Source: a virus (Duplodnaviria; Caudoviricetes). From it: DNA of 31,845 nt. The translations under genes were made by a program, and so were the position numbers. Shown in pieces: positions 16,847 to 24,270 of this stretch. Position 1 is the first letter of the stretch. Each line of letters starts with the position of its first letter. The notes under the pieces were generated by a model that was given only the letters and a program-made list of their open reading frames with translations, searched no databases and was not told the origin of the DNA. The stretch is from positions 1 to 31,845 of IMG/VR virus record IMGVR_UViG_3300020045_002087. One strand, written 5' to 3'.

Positions 16847-17101
16847 TTAGCTCTCCTTGCGGTATTTGTCTGAGTGCTTATCCCGCAGATGCACATAGGC
16901 ATCGTCATTAACGCAGGTATCCCCCAAGCCCCACACAAGAAACTCGGCCTTCATGGTGGCCGGGAGCAAGTTAAAGGCTTCTCGGCATGTGTCGGGGTTA
17001 GCTTCCATCCCGAATTCCTCCAGCACAGAGGCAAAGCCTCTCCACCCACTACCTGAGAACAGTGTGTCGTAGGCCGGTTTCATCGATTCTTCAAGGGTCA
17101 T
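16847..17101 (-). CDS. Hypothetical protein
   Basis: Packed ORF, GGAG SD. Confidence 0.65.
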   Translation of the reverse strand: MTLEESMKPAYDTLFSGSGWRGFASVLEEFGMEANPDTCREAFNLLPATMKAEFLVWGLGDTCVNDDAYVHLRDKHSDKYRKES

Positions 17102-17102
17102 G

Positions 17103-17381
17103 TCATGACTCCAATAGCTTCATGATCTGTGCCCGGTGTTTCGGAAGGACTCTCCAGCCCTCGTCCTTGAGCACCTGATCCATGGCCGCTTTCAGCTCCG
17201 TTCCATTGCTGGTGGCGATCTGGTCAGTCATCTCGAATACTGAGTCAAGAATCCCGGCGTACTGGTCTGGGGTTGCGGTGCTGCATGAACCTCCGTAGAT
17301 GCTGCCGCGTACAGTGGGGATTTCATCGAAGGTGAAGCCGTGCCGCTTGGACACGAACTTCTGATAGAGTTTTTCTGCCAT
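17103..17381 (-). CDS. Hypothetical protein
   Basis: AAGGAGGT SD; TAATG coupling. Confidence 0.7.
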   Translation of the reverse strand: MAEKLYQKFVSKRHGFTFDEIPTVRGSIYGGSCSTATPDQYAGILDSVFEMTDQIATSNGTELKAAMDQVLKDEGWRVLPKHRAQIMKLLES

Positions 17382-17524
17382 TAGAATCCCACCTCCTTCA
17401 GGTTGGTTGGCTTGGCTACTTTGTCCCATTGGGCAAGGTCTTCAGGCCATTGCATTGCCCGTGCCAGTTCTTCGTATTCCTTTGGCGTCAGGGGGATGTC
17501 CCGGTCTTTAGGCTGCTTGGTCAT
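17381..17524 (-). CDS. Hypothetical small protein
   Basis: MTKQPKD..., fills the gap in the operon. Confidence 0.55.
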   Translation of the reverse strand: MTKQPKDRDIPLTPKEYEELARAMQWPEDLAQWDKVAKPTNLKEVGF

Positions 17525-17771
17525 CGAAGCCTTCTCCGATTGCTTCAAGGATGCCCTGCTCCACTCTGTCCCAATCCATGTCGGCATTGGTGAGTCCATT
17601 CCCGAATATGTTGCAGTCACAGGTTGTGTCCAATCCTTTGAACACCTTGCCCTCTGGGGCGTCGAGAGTGATCATCCACCCGTTTGCTGCACCTGTGTAG
17701 GTGGCGTCTAGGGAGCACCCGAAGGACTCCGCTAGTTTCGTTGCTCTGGCTAACCCTGACTTTGCATTCAT
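17508..17771 (-). CDS. Hypothetical protein
   Basis: First gene after P7. Confidence 0.75.
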   Translation of the reverse strand: MNAKSGLARATKLAESFGCSLDATYTGAANGWMITLDAPEGKVFKGLDTTCDCNIFGNGLTNADMDWDRVEQGILEAIGEGFDDQAA

Positions 17772-17774
17772 TCT

Positions 17775-17786
17775 GCCCTCCTTGGC
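17775..17786 (-). promoter_or_regulatory. SD hairpin (CsrA/RsmA-type site)
   Basis: GCC-AAGGAG-GGC. Confidence 0.65.
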
Positions 17787-17790
17787 TGAG

Positions 17791-17804
17791 TGAAGTTAAT
17801 TGCA
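17791..17804. repeat. 14-bp palindrome/operator downstream of P7
   Basis: TGAAGTTAATTGCA. Confidence 0.7.
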
Positions 17805-17813
17805 CTGATACCT

Positions 17814-17841
17814 ATGTTACCAGTTTGCAAAAGTTTGTCAA
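17814..17841 (-). promoter_or_regulatory. Repeated sigma70-like promoter P7
   Basis: TTGACA-AACTTTTGCAAACTGG-TAACAT. Confidence 0.85.
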
Positions 17842-17851
17842 GGATTATTTG

Positions 17852-18301
17852 TCAAAATGGTATATCTAGGTCATCCACGGAGTCTTCCTTCTGCTGCCGG
17901 GGTTTTGGTAGCTGCAATTCTCCCCGGTAGGATAGCTGGAAAGCTCTGAGAGCGTCTTTCAGCCTTCGGATGTAGGTGAGTGTCGCCACCCACGCGAAGC
18001 CTGCATAGCGCCATACTGTAGGCTCCTTGATGTTGGCTTCCATGTACTCGAACATGGTGTGCCTGTCCTTGAGGGCATGCTTCGGGATCGGGCCATGGAA
18101 CAGCACCTTCACGTTTGAATGCACGTCCTTCTCCAAAGGCGCACGAGGTAGGTACAGCTTGCCGGTCAGTTGGTCGAGTGTGAATTGCCACGCTCCGTTG
18201 ATCACCCATCCTTCGATGATGTTGCCCTGTACGTCAAGGACTTCAGCAACCAAGGAGAGCCGCCCATCACTTCCTACCCCGATGTAATCACCCTTCTTCA
18301 T
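17852..18301 (-). CDS. Hypothetical protein with SSB-like acidic C-terminal tail
   Basis: Ends in DDLDIPF; GGAGGAG SD. Confidence 0.7.
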   Translation of the reverse strand: MKKGDYIGVGSDGRLSLVAEVLDVQGNIIEGWVINGAWQFTLDQLTGKLYLPRAPLEKDVHSNVKVLFHGPIPKHALKDRHTMFEYMEANIKEPTVWRYAGFAWVATLTYIRRLKDALRAFQLSYRGELQLPKPRQQKEDSVDDLDIPF

Positions 18302-18500
18302 ACAGGTACTCCTCCAGATCAATAAGGGACTCCGCTCTGGCCTGCCCCAGTTCTATCAAGATACGCAGGGCATGAACGTCAAAGCAGGTGGTCTTGCCCA
18401 AGATGACCAGCAGTAAATCCGGTTGGAATCGAGACAACTGCTCCAACTGGTCTTTGGTCAGGCGGTTGATTTCGGTGCCCTTGTCAAACTTGGCGCTCAC
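18288..18500 (-). CDS. Hypothetical protein
   Basis: GTGA overlap. Confidence 0.6.
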   Translation of the reverse strand: MSAKFDKGTEINRLTKDQLEQLSRFQPDLLLVILGKTTCFDVHALRILIELGQARAESLIDLEEYLYEEG

Positions 18501-18862
18501 TTCAACAACTCCAGCAATTTACTGATGGTTCTACTGTGCAACACGAGGGCTTTCTTGGACACGAAGCCCCACTCGTGGATGCTCTCCAATGCGGTCAGGG
18601 CTACGGATACGATCTCTCCACACTTCTCCCGATGCAGGATGTCCAGTGCGGTGATCGTGTCCTTCAAGATCATGTTCTCCCGTATGATGCCCGAGGGGTC
18701 ACACATTGTCCCCAACTCGTGGATGTAGTCCCGCAGAGGCTTGGGTAGGGCGTTGATGTTCTCCGGGGTTGGTGTCCATCCCGGCACCCGCAACCACTGG
18801 CTGTCCTTGGTGCTATACACCCAGCCATTGCCGGTGGGGATCAGCACGTCCTCACTGGGCAT
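18497..18862 (-). CDS. Hypothetical phage protein (WTPTPENINALP motif)
   Basis: GGAGG SD before ATG 18862. Confidence 0.7.
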   Translation of the reverse strand: MPSEDVLIPTGNGWVYSTKDSQWLRVPGWTPTPENINALPKPLRDYIHELGTMCDPSGIIRENMILKDTITALDILHREKCGEIVSVALTALESIHEWGFVSKKALVLHSRTISKLLELLK

Positions 18863-19070
18863 AGTTGCAATCCTCCGTAAGTGCTTCCATAGGCGTGTAA
18901 CCGTCTTCATAGTAGTCCTTCCAGCATTCTTCCCCTGTGGATCGGGATATGCGATAGCGCCAGCCACAGGTCAGGGCCGCGCCATCAAGGAAGCCCAACC
19001 ACTGATCGAGGGTGAAGAGGGCATTGGTTTTACGAGCTTCCAGTCTGTCCTTCAGGTTGCTATTGGGCAT
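18852..19070 (-). CDS. Hypothetical protein
   Basis: CWKDYYEDGYTPMEALTED. Confidence 0.65.
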   Translation of the reverse strand: MPNSNLKDRLEARKTNALFTLDQWLGFLDGAALTCGWRYRISRSTGEECWKDYYEDGYTPMEALTEDCNYAQ

Positions 19071-19350
19071 AAGGGTAGGCTTTCTTTGGGCGGTATTCTT
19101 TGGCTACTCTCCGGGCAGAGCGCAGTTCCTTCTCCAGATACAGGATGCGTTCCTCCAATTCCTTTCTGGAATCCTTGGCGCGGGTCTGGGCGTTCTTCGA
19201 TTGGACGCAGTGGAGCCGGGCGAGTACCTTGTCTTCCACGGTGCTGGCTCTCTTTTCCGTAGTTGGCCCACATTCGCACGAGTGGAATACATCACGGACA
19301 AGGGCCTCGATCAATGCGTCTGACCGCTTGCTGAGTTTCTGTTTAGCCAC
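19060..19350 (-). CDS. Hypothetical coiled-coil protein
   Basis: GTG start near the upstream stop. Confidence 0.55.
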   Translation of the reverse strand: MAKQKLSKRSDALIEALVRDVFHSCECGPTTEKRASTVEDKVLARLHCVQSKNAQTRAKDSRKELEERILYLEKELRSARRVAKEYRPKKAYPYAQ

Positions 19351-19858
19351 GATGCGCCCCCGGCAGTTTGGCGACCTGTTCAGCCAACAATCGAACATGG
19401 GACTCCACATAGTTGAAGTCGGCATACTCGCCCGAGATGATCTTCAAGGTCTGGAAAGCTGGCACCAGATCGTCACAGTGAGCGCAGTCGAAGCCCACCC
19501 AGATGCCGCGCCCCATGCGGTAGTGAATCCCGCAAAGATTCTTCCTTGAGCCGTAGGTGATTCCCCCATGCACTTCCAACCCCATGAGTTCTGGGATGTC
19601 GTATCCGTACTGGCGACGGCGCTTCTTCAGGAACCGGAATTTGCCACCTTTGATCTTGCTGCTCAGACGCAGGTTCTTGGCATGCACCTTATCCGCCAAC
19701 GAGCCGTGTGGAAGTTGCACGTACCCCAGCAAGTGACCCATGGTTGGGTGTCGGATGACTACCCCCTTCAGCCCTGCATGCTTTATCAGTTTGAAATCAG
19801 GCTCCAGCGACCAAGGGCCTTCAGGGATGACCAGCAAGTTTTCTTTCTTAATGCTCAT
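19343..19858 (-). CDS. Conserved phage protein (VHGGITY / GFDCAH family)
   Basis: GHLLGYV, EVHGGITY, WVGFDCAHCDD. Confidence 0.8.
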   Translation of the reverse strand: MSIKKENLLVIPEGPWSLEPDFKLIKHAGLKGVVIRHPTMGHLLGYVQLPHGSLADKVHAKNLRLSSKIKGGKFRFLKKRRRQYGYDIPELMGLEVHGGITYGSRKNLCGIHYRMGRGIWVGFDCAHCDDLVPAFQTLKIISGEYADFNYVESHVRLLAEQVAKLPGAHRG

Positions 19859-19869
19859 GGTGATTCCTC

Positions 19870-21033
19870 TCACGTTGAACTCGGTTTGACTTTCCATGTG
19901 GATACGGTCTTCACGTTCGTTAGCATCTGGATACCCGGATCGGCGTGGAAGTTCTTCAGCGCCTCTTTCTCATCTTCCCCCGCTACGATCAAGGTATTTG
20001 CTTCGGTAACTCCACTACTGTTGATGAATTGGTAGGTCACTCCCCATGTGGCGGCTAGGGCTTTCCCAAACTTGGAGATGTCTCCTAACTTGGGCACGAA
20101 TTTCTGAGACATCGTAGTCTCCAGCACAATGTCTGTGATGGTGGCGTTAGGGTACATCTTCTGCACCTTGTACTCGGCCTGTTTGACCGAGAATGCCTTG
20201 ACCTGCATCATCTTATCGAAGTGGATTCCTATGTCCTCGTTGAATTCCTTGAACTTGACCTCGTACATCTTGGGTTCAGTCGCCTTCAGTAGATCAACCC
20301 CGCCCTTCAGGTACTCAGCCTCCTCCTCCGTGAAAGGCTCCTTGTGCTTGTTCTTCACCGCCATGGCCCACGCTATATCTGCCTTGGCGTACTTGTCCAT
20401 CTCCTTCTGGGCCTGCTGTGCCAGCGAGTCAATGAGGATCGTCTTGGCGTCGTCATTCTTCAGGGCGTCGGCAATCTCTCCCAGCGTATGCAATGGGTCG
20501 GAGGGGGTTGGGACTGGTTTATCGTGCCACGTATCCAGCACGGCATCGAAGCCAGCGGCCAGTTCATCATTCAACTCACCACACTTGTGGATTCTCAGCT
20601 TTCCACCAAGGACTGACACCAGATACCACTTCCCGGCCTTCTCGTCCCGCACCCATTCGAGAGACTTCTTCCCGCAGTGCTTGCACTTGGCCGGTTTGTG
20701 GGGTTGTTGCCCCTCTGCAATTAATTTCACCAGCCGTTCATGCCACCCGGTAGCCGTCTGCCCCTTTGGGATGTTGGAGAAGTTCGGGGTGGAACTGGAG
20801 AACTTCCCTGTTGTCGTTCCTTGCAGGTTGAAGCCGGGGTTCAACCACGCCCCTGCTGGGTTCCCTTGCACGGAGGTGACCATGGGGGCGTCCAAGTCCT
20901 TCACCTTTTCCACCAAGGAAGCACCAAGATCATCGAGAGCATCATACCCGGCAGCAATCTTCCCGTACTGGGGATCGAGACTGTACTCGCCTCCCGGTGG
21001 TTTCTTCTTCAGGTAGGTCAGCTTAATTGCCAC
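19870..21033 (-). CDS. Mosaic 387-aa hypothetical protein (Pol A-like peptide, Zn ribbon)
   Basis: GTTTGKFSSSTPNFSNIP; CKHC...HKC. Confidence 0.75.
   Translation of the reverse strand: MAIKLTYLKKKPPGGEYSLDPQYGKIAAGYDALDDLGASLVEKVKDLDAPMVTSVQGNPAGAWLNPGFNLQGTTTGKFSSSTPNFSNIPKGQTATGWHERLVKLIAEGQQPHKPAKCKHCGKKSLEWVRDEKAGKWYLVSVLGGKLRIHKCGELNDELAAGFDAVLDTWHDKPVPTPSDPLHTLGEIADALKNDDAKTILIDSLAQQAQKEMDKYAKADIAWAMAVKNKHKEPFTEEEAEYLKGGVDLLKATEPKMYEVKFKEFNEDIGIHFDKMMQVKAFSVKQAEYKVQKMYPNATITDIVLETTMSQKFVPKLGDISKFGKALAATWGVTYQFINSSGVTEANTLIVAGEDEKEALKNFHADPGIQMLTNVKTVSTWKVKPSST
20716..20729. repeat. 14-bp palindrome copy (intragenic)
   Basis: TGCAATTAATTTCA. Confidence 0.7.
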
Positions 21034-21358
21034 TTCGTTTCACCTTGTAGGATACGCATGCGCCCTTGGCTTCTGCACTAGCCAAAAGCTGACGCCAGTA
21101 TTTGCCGATCTTCTTCTTCAGGATGCTCATCTGGTTGTCCGTCAGGAAGCCTACCCGCTGGTAGAACTTGGCGAAGCTGGTCAGCACCTCGGCGTCAAAG
21201 GCCGTGAATCCCACGCTATTGTGCTCATGGGTGGCGTCACTTGCCTTCTCTGATTCAGTCTGCTTGGCGTAGATCGTCAGCAAGGCTTTGACCGCTGCCT
21301 TGTCGTTCGTTACGACCAACTTCTGGATGTCTTCTTTCGACCAAACCTTAGCTTCCAT
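21023..21358 (-). CDS. Conserved phage protein (N.VGF...DA / KY.RQL family)
   Basis: IYAKQT..E, HNSVGFTAFDA, KYWRQL; first gene after P8. Confidence 0.8.
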   Translation of the reverse strand: MEAKVWSKEDIQKLVVTNDKAAVKALLTIYAKQTESEKASDATHEHNSVGFTAFDAEVLTSFAKFYQRVGFLTDNQMSILKKKIGKYWRQLLASAEAKGACVSYKVKRSGN

Positions 21359-21361
21359 CTT

Positions 21362-21375
21362 GCACCTCCGTGTGC
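21362..21375 (-). promoter_or_regulatory. SD hairpin (CsrA/RsmA-type site)
   Basis: GCAC-ACGGAG-GTGC. Confidence 0.7.
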
Positions 21376-21391
21376 GTTGATCCATGTACAA

Positions 21392-21419
21392 ATGTTACCA
21401 GAATCAGCGCGTTTGTCAA
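21392..21419 (-). promoter_or_regulatory. Repeated sigma70-like promoter P8
   Basis: TTGACA-AACGCGCTGATTCTGG-TAACAT. Confidence 0.85.
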
Positions 21420-21444
21420 GAAGTATTTGCTGCCCTGATGTGAG

Positions 21445-21470
21445 AAAGGCCCACCATCTGGCAGGCCCTT
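21445..21470 (-). terminator. Putative intrinsic terminator
   Basis: AAGGGCCTGCC-AGAT-GGTGGGCCTTT-CT, with G-U pairs on the minus strand. Confidence 0.55.
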
Positions 21471-21524
21471 CAACTGGATTGTAAGAGTTGGGGGCGGGTT
21501 AGCAGGGGTGCTCCTAGACCTCCA

Positions 21525-21653
21525 CTAACCCTTACTAGATCGAAAGTCTAGGGGTTCAGCCTCACCGGCTGGGTTTGCCACCTTGCGGATTCTCGACCCC
21601 GATCTAGGCACCGGGTAGGACATCAGCAGGGCGGCTAGGATGATTCCGATCAT
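21525..21653 (-). CDS. Possible 42-aa peptide (alternatively a structured RNA)
   Basis: TGATG-coupled ORF MIGIILAALLMSYPVPRSG...; overlaps several hairpins. Confidence 0.3.
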   Translation of the reverse strand: MIGIILAALLMSYPVPRSGSRIRKVANPAGEAEPLDFRSSKG

Positions 21654-22081
21654 CACGCAGCCATCAGGTTGCGGTGGGCGGCGTATTTGGCGGTCATTTC
21701 AACCGTGACCAGATCACCGATTTGTTCGAGGATGACTGCACGGGAGAGGCCGAAGCGCATCACGCCGACTGCGGTATCCACCTTCACGTACTTGGCGTCG
21801 AGGCCCAAGAACTTCAGGGTGAAGGCGACACGGCGGCAACCTTTGGCGCTGGTCTTTTTGGTGGGGGCCGGGGCTGCTTGGTTGGCGACTTCAGCGGCGG
21901 CTTGCTCGGCTTCCAAAGCGGCGATCATGCGATTGTGGATTTCGTCGTTGATCTCGGCTTCCGTGCCGACCAACCAGCCCGAACCGTCCATTGCTTCGAG
22001 CGTCAGGTACTTGGTGCGGTTCTTCTTGGTGGAGCAACCGGCTTGAAGTTGAGCGACTTTCTTGGATTGGTAAGTTTTCAT
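21653..22081 (-). CDS. Hypothetical basic Ala-rich early protein
   Basis: First gene after P9. Confidence 0.8.
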   Translation of the reverse strand: MKTYQSKKVAQLQAGCSTKKNRTKYLTLEAMDGSGWLVGTEAEINDEIHNRMIAALEAEQAAAEVANQAAPAPTKKTSAKGCRRVAFTLKFLGLDAKYVKVDTAVGVMRFGLSRAVILEQIGDLVTVEMTAKYAAHRNLMAA

Positions 22082-22086
22082 GGTGT

Positions 22087-22098
22087 GCCCTCCGTGGC
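22087..22098 (-). promoter_or_regulatory. SD hairpin (CsrA/RsmA-type site)
   Basis: GCC-ACGGAG-GGC. Confidence 0.65.
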
Positions 22099-22125
22099 GT
22101 TGATGAAAGTTGATTCGATGTACTC

Positions 22126-22153
22126 ATCTTACCAGTTTATAAAAGTTTGTCAA
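22126..22153 (-). promoter_or_regulatory. Repeated sigma70-like promoter P9
   Basis: TTGACA-AACTTTTATAAACTGG-TAAGAT. Confidence 0.85.
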
Positions 22154-22161
22154 ATGGTATT

Positions 22162-22175
22162 TGCAGTTAATTGCA
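22162..22175. repeat. 14-bp palindrome/operator upstream of the P9 -35
   Basis: TGCAGTTAATTGCA. Confidence 0.75.
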
Positions 22176-22176
22176 T

Positions 22177-22353
22177 TTATTTTTCAAGCACTGCTGGTCG
22201 CTCTACCGTGGTGTCACATATCCCGCAGTTCCAAGACTTGACCAATACCCCCTGCCCCTTCACGGATCGGTTGCGGTAGAACACTTGCAGGCAGTTGCAT
22301 GCGGCACAGTGCCCTACCGTCTTGTCCCGCAGATGAACCTGCCTATCACGCAC
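22177..22353 (-). CDS. 58-aa Zn-ribbon protein (not in ORF track)
   Basis: GTG start; HCAAC...WNCGIC; fills the gap before P9. Confidence 0.55.
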   Translation of the reverse strand: MRDRQVHLRDKTVGHCAACNCLQVFYRNRSVKGQGVLVKSWNCGICDTTVERPAVLEK

Positions 22354-22903
22354 GAAGCCACCGCAGGAGGGAATCGACGACCCCTATAAGTACCCCTCGG
22401 AAGCCCGTGTAAGCTCTGTAGGGCATTTGTTTGACTTCAGGGATATGAGGTATAGGGAGGCGCTCCCACAAACCCCCACGGCCTTGCCAGTATTCCTTGC
22501 TTGCCGGGTGCGGGTACTCCCTCCCGAACACGATGCGCTTGGCCCCTGTGGTCGCCAGCATCTTGATGCAGTGCATGCACGGGCTGTCAGTGCTATAGAC
22601 GGTGTGGATGTCGTCGGGAAACTTGCACTGGGTCAAAGCATTCTGCTCGGCGTGAATGGCTTCGCATAGTTCCAACCCGGTGCCCGAGGGACAATCTGCG
22701 CCAGCACACTTGGAGTCGCTGCAATGAGGGCGATCAGGAGCAACACCGTTGTAACCTGTAGCCAGCACACGACCACGCTCATCAAGGAAGACACAACCCA
22801 CCTTGCGGCGGGAGCAAGTCCCCAAGCGTGAAATCACAAAGGCCACTGTCAGCCAAACTAGGTCTTTCAGTGTGCCGCGCAATTGCTTCCTTGATTTGTT
22901 CAT
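22346..22903 (-). CDS. dCMP deaminase
   Basis: TCSRRKVGCV, ATGYNG, HAEQNAL, SPCMHC; exact start uncertain. Confidence 0.92.
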   Translation of the reverse strand: MNKSRKQLRGTLKDLVWLTVAFVISRLGTCSRRKVGCVFLDERGRVLATGYNGVAPDRPHCSDSKCAGADCPSGTGLELCEAIHAEQNALTQCKFPDDIHTVYSTDSPCMHCIKMLATTGAKRIVFGREYPHPASKEYWQGRGGLWERLPIPHIPEVKQMPYRAYTGFRGVLIGVVDSLLRWLRA

Positions 22904-23237
22904 CTGTGTAGTTCCAGTAGAGTTCGGTTGCTACGGATGGGGTCATCCAGTATTCCATGGGATGGGAGAAGTTCCGGGGAGGGCCTTGCATGTCGAAAGC
23001 CGCATGCACCCACACAGCCTCCTCGGCGCACATCTTCTCCATAACGATAGGGCACTCATCACACGACCACCCGTAGTCGTCCCCGCAGTAATACTCACCC
23101 ATGCTGTTGGGAGTATCCACTTCTTTGCCCCCTGAGCATCCTCGGGCTAACACGCGGATGTAGCCCTTGGTGCCGGGTTCTGGTGCTCTGGGTATTCCTG
23201 TGGGGCGCACCTTGCCCCGTGCTCTGGCCTGTGTCAT
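22782..23237 (-). CDS. Hypothetical Cys-containing protein
   Basis: ATGA-coupled start; 3' end overlaps the deaminase gene. Confidence 0.55.
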   Translation of the reverse strand: MTQARARGKVRPTGIPRAPEPGTKGYIRVLARGCSGGKEVDTPNSMGEYYCGDDYGWSCDECPIVMEKMCAEEAVWVHAAFDMQGPPRNFSHPMEYWMTPSVATELYWNYTDEQIKEAIARHTERPSLADSGLCDFTLGDLLPPQGGLCLP

Positions 23238-23590
23238 CGCGTACCCCACAAAGATAGTCTAGGGATTTCCATGCCTATGGATCGGAAGTGCAGGTTGTGC
23301 AGCTTCAGCAGGTGCTCCATGACATCTGGCGGGAAGCCCTGTCTCAGGTTGCCATGCTGATCTGTTGAGTCGGTAATCAGCCCTACCAAATAGCCTTGCA
23401 ATTCCTCGCTGCCCCAAGTGGTTTCTACGGCCTGTGCAATCTTCTGGTAGGTGGTGCTCAGGTAGGCAATGCTATGAATCAACTGCTCGGGGTCACCCAT
23501 TAATCGTGGCCCTGCCTTGTCCTTGATCAACTCGATCTGGCGATCAAACTCTGCCTCTGTGAAGAGGTCAGGGAATACCAAGGCGCTCAT
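23234..23590 (-). CDS. Hypothetical protein (WG...YL..L..D...RQGFP family)
   Basis: Motif recalled from betaproteobacterial proteins; flanked by 16-bp direct repeats. Confidence 0.7.
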   Translation of the reverse strand: MSALVFPDLFTEAEFDRQIELIKDKAGPRLMGDPEQLIHSIAYLSTTYQKIAQAVETTWGSEELQGYLVGLITDSTDQHGNLRQGFPPDVMEHLLKLHNLHFRSIGMEIPRLSLWGTR

Positions 23591-23602
23591 CTCGTACCCC
23601 AC
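23234..23602. repeat. 16-bp direct repeats at 23234-23249 and 23587-23602
   Basis: TCATCGCGTACCCCAC vs TCATCTCGTACCCCAC (15/16). Confidence 0.75.
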
Positions 23603-23727
23603 GGGCGATAGTTCCGGGGGCGGGTGGTTTCAAGCCTCGACCACATCACCTGACGCCATCCTGAACGGGGTGTGTCCAAGCCTCCACAGGCCCATAGTAG
23701 GCAGACACGTTTCTTAGCAATCCTCAT
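23587..23727 (-). CDS. 46-aa hypothetical protein (not in ORF track)
   Basis: GGAGG SD; MRIAKKRV...PWGTR; ATGA overlap with the next gene. Confidence 0.55.
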   Translation of the reverse strand: MRIAKKRVCLLWACGGLDTPRSGWRQVMWSRLETTRPRNYRPWGTR

Positions 23728-23968
23728 GATATTCCTCCAAGGGGATGCCGGTTGTCCGGTGGTAGGTGCCGCCCAACAAAGGATCAGGAGCGCCTACGGG
23801 TTGCACTACTCGATTCTGCTTACCCTCAGCCTCGCACTCGTTCAGGCAGGACGCATGAACCATGTGCTTATTCCCGATGGGATCGACAAAGACTTTGTAA
23901 GAGAGCTTGCCATCGACCACCACTAGATCGCTTCGGCAGTTCCAACAGGGGGTTGTGCTCTTGCTCAT
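23714..23968 (-). CDS. Small Zn-binding protein
   Basis: CWNC...HASC; ATGA overlap. Confidence 0.65.
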   Translation of the reverse strand: MSKSTTPCWNCRSDLVVVDGKLSYKVFVDPIGNKHMVHASCLNECEAEGKQNRVVQPVGAPDPLLGGTYHRTTGIPLEEYHEDC

Positions 23969-24270
23969 TTGATCTTCCTTTCCTTGAACCCTAGACCTCG
24001 GTGCTGCTCGGACTGGAAGCAGATAGCCGTGTCGTCGGAGTGGCACTTCATTTCAAGGGACTCGCTGTGCCCACAACAGGTGCCGCTCACCACGAATCCC
24101 GCACTTACTGGTTTGGGCCACATCCACCAACGCCCATTGGATTCCGGCTGCACCTTGACACGAGCCATCATCTCGGCAACAGCTTGATGCACCAGCAGGT
24201 CAGGAAAGGTCACACCAATGTGCCTCGTGGGGTGCCCTTCCGATGTGCATTCAAATACGATGTACTTCAT
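23965..24270 (-). CDS. Hypothetical protein, MKYIVF paralog 2
   Basis: MKYIVF..FP..LVH..VAE..PVSAG..C.G.S. Confidence 0.75.
   Translation of the reverse strand: MKYIVFECTSEGHPTRHIGVTFPDLLVHQAVAEMMARVKVQPESNGRWWMWPKPVSAGFVVSGTCCGHSESLEMKCHSDDTAICFQSEQHRGLGFKERKIK

Noticed and set aside
17850-18487. Extra TTGACA hexamers (17850, 18482; also 9851)
   Set aside because: They lack the AAC...CTGG spacer and a -10 at the conserved distance.
21435-21470. CTGATG...GAAA on the + strand resembling a hammerhead ribozyme core
   Set aside because: The core reads CTGATGTG rather than CTGANGA, and the stems cannot be assembled.
21555-21585. GGCAAACC followed by a hairpin, resembling a c-di-GMP-I riboswitch
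   Set aside because: The downstream GG..CGCAAAGC half of the motif is absent.
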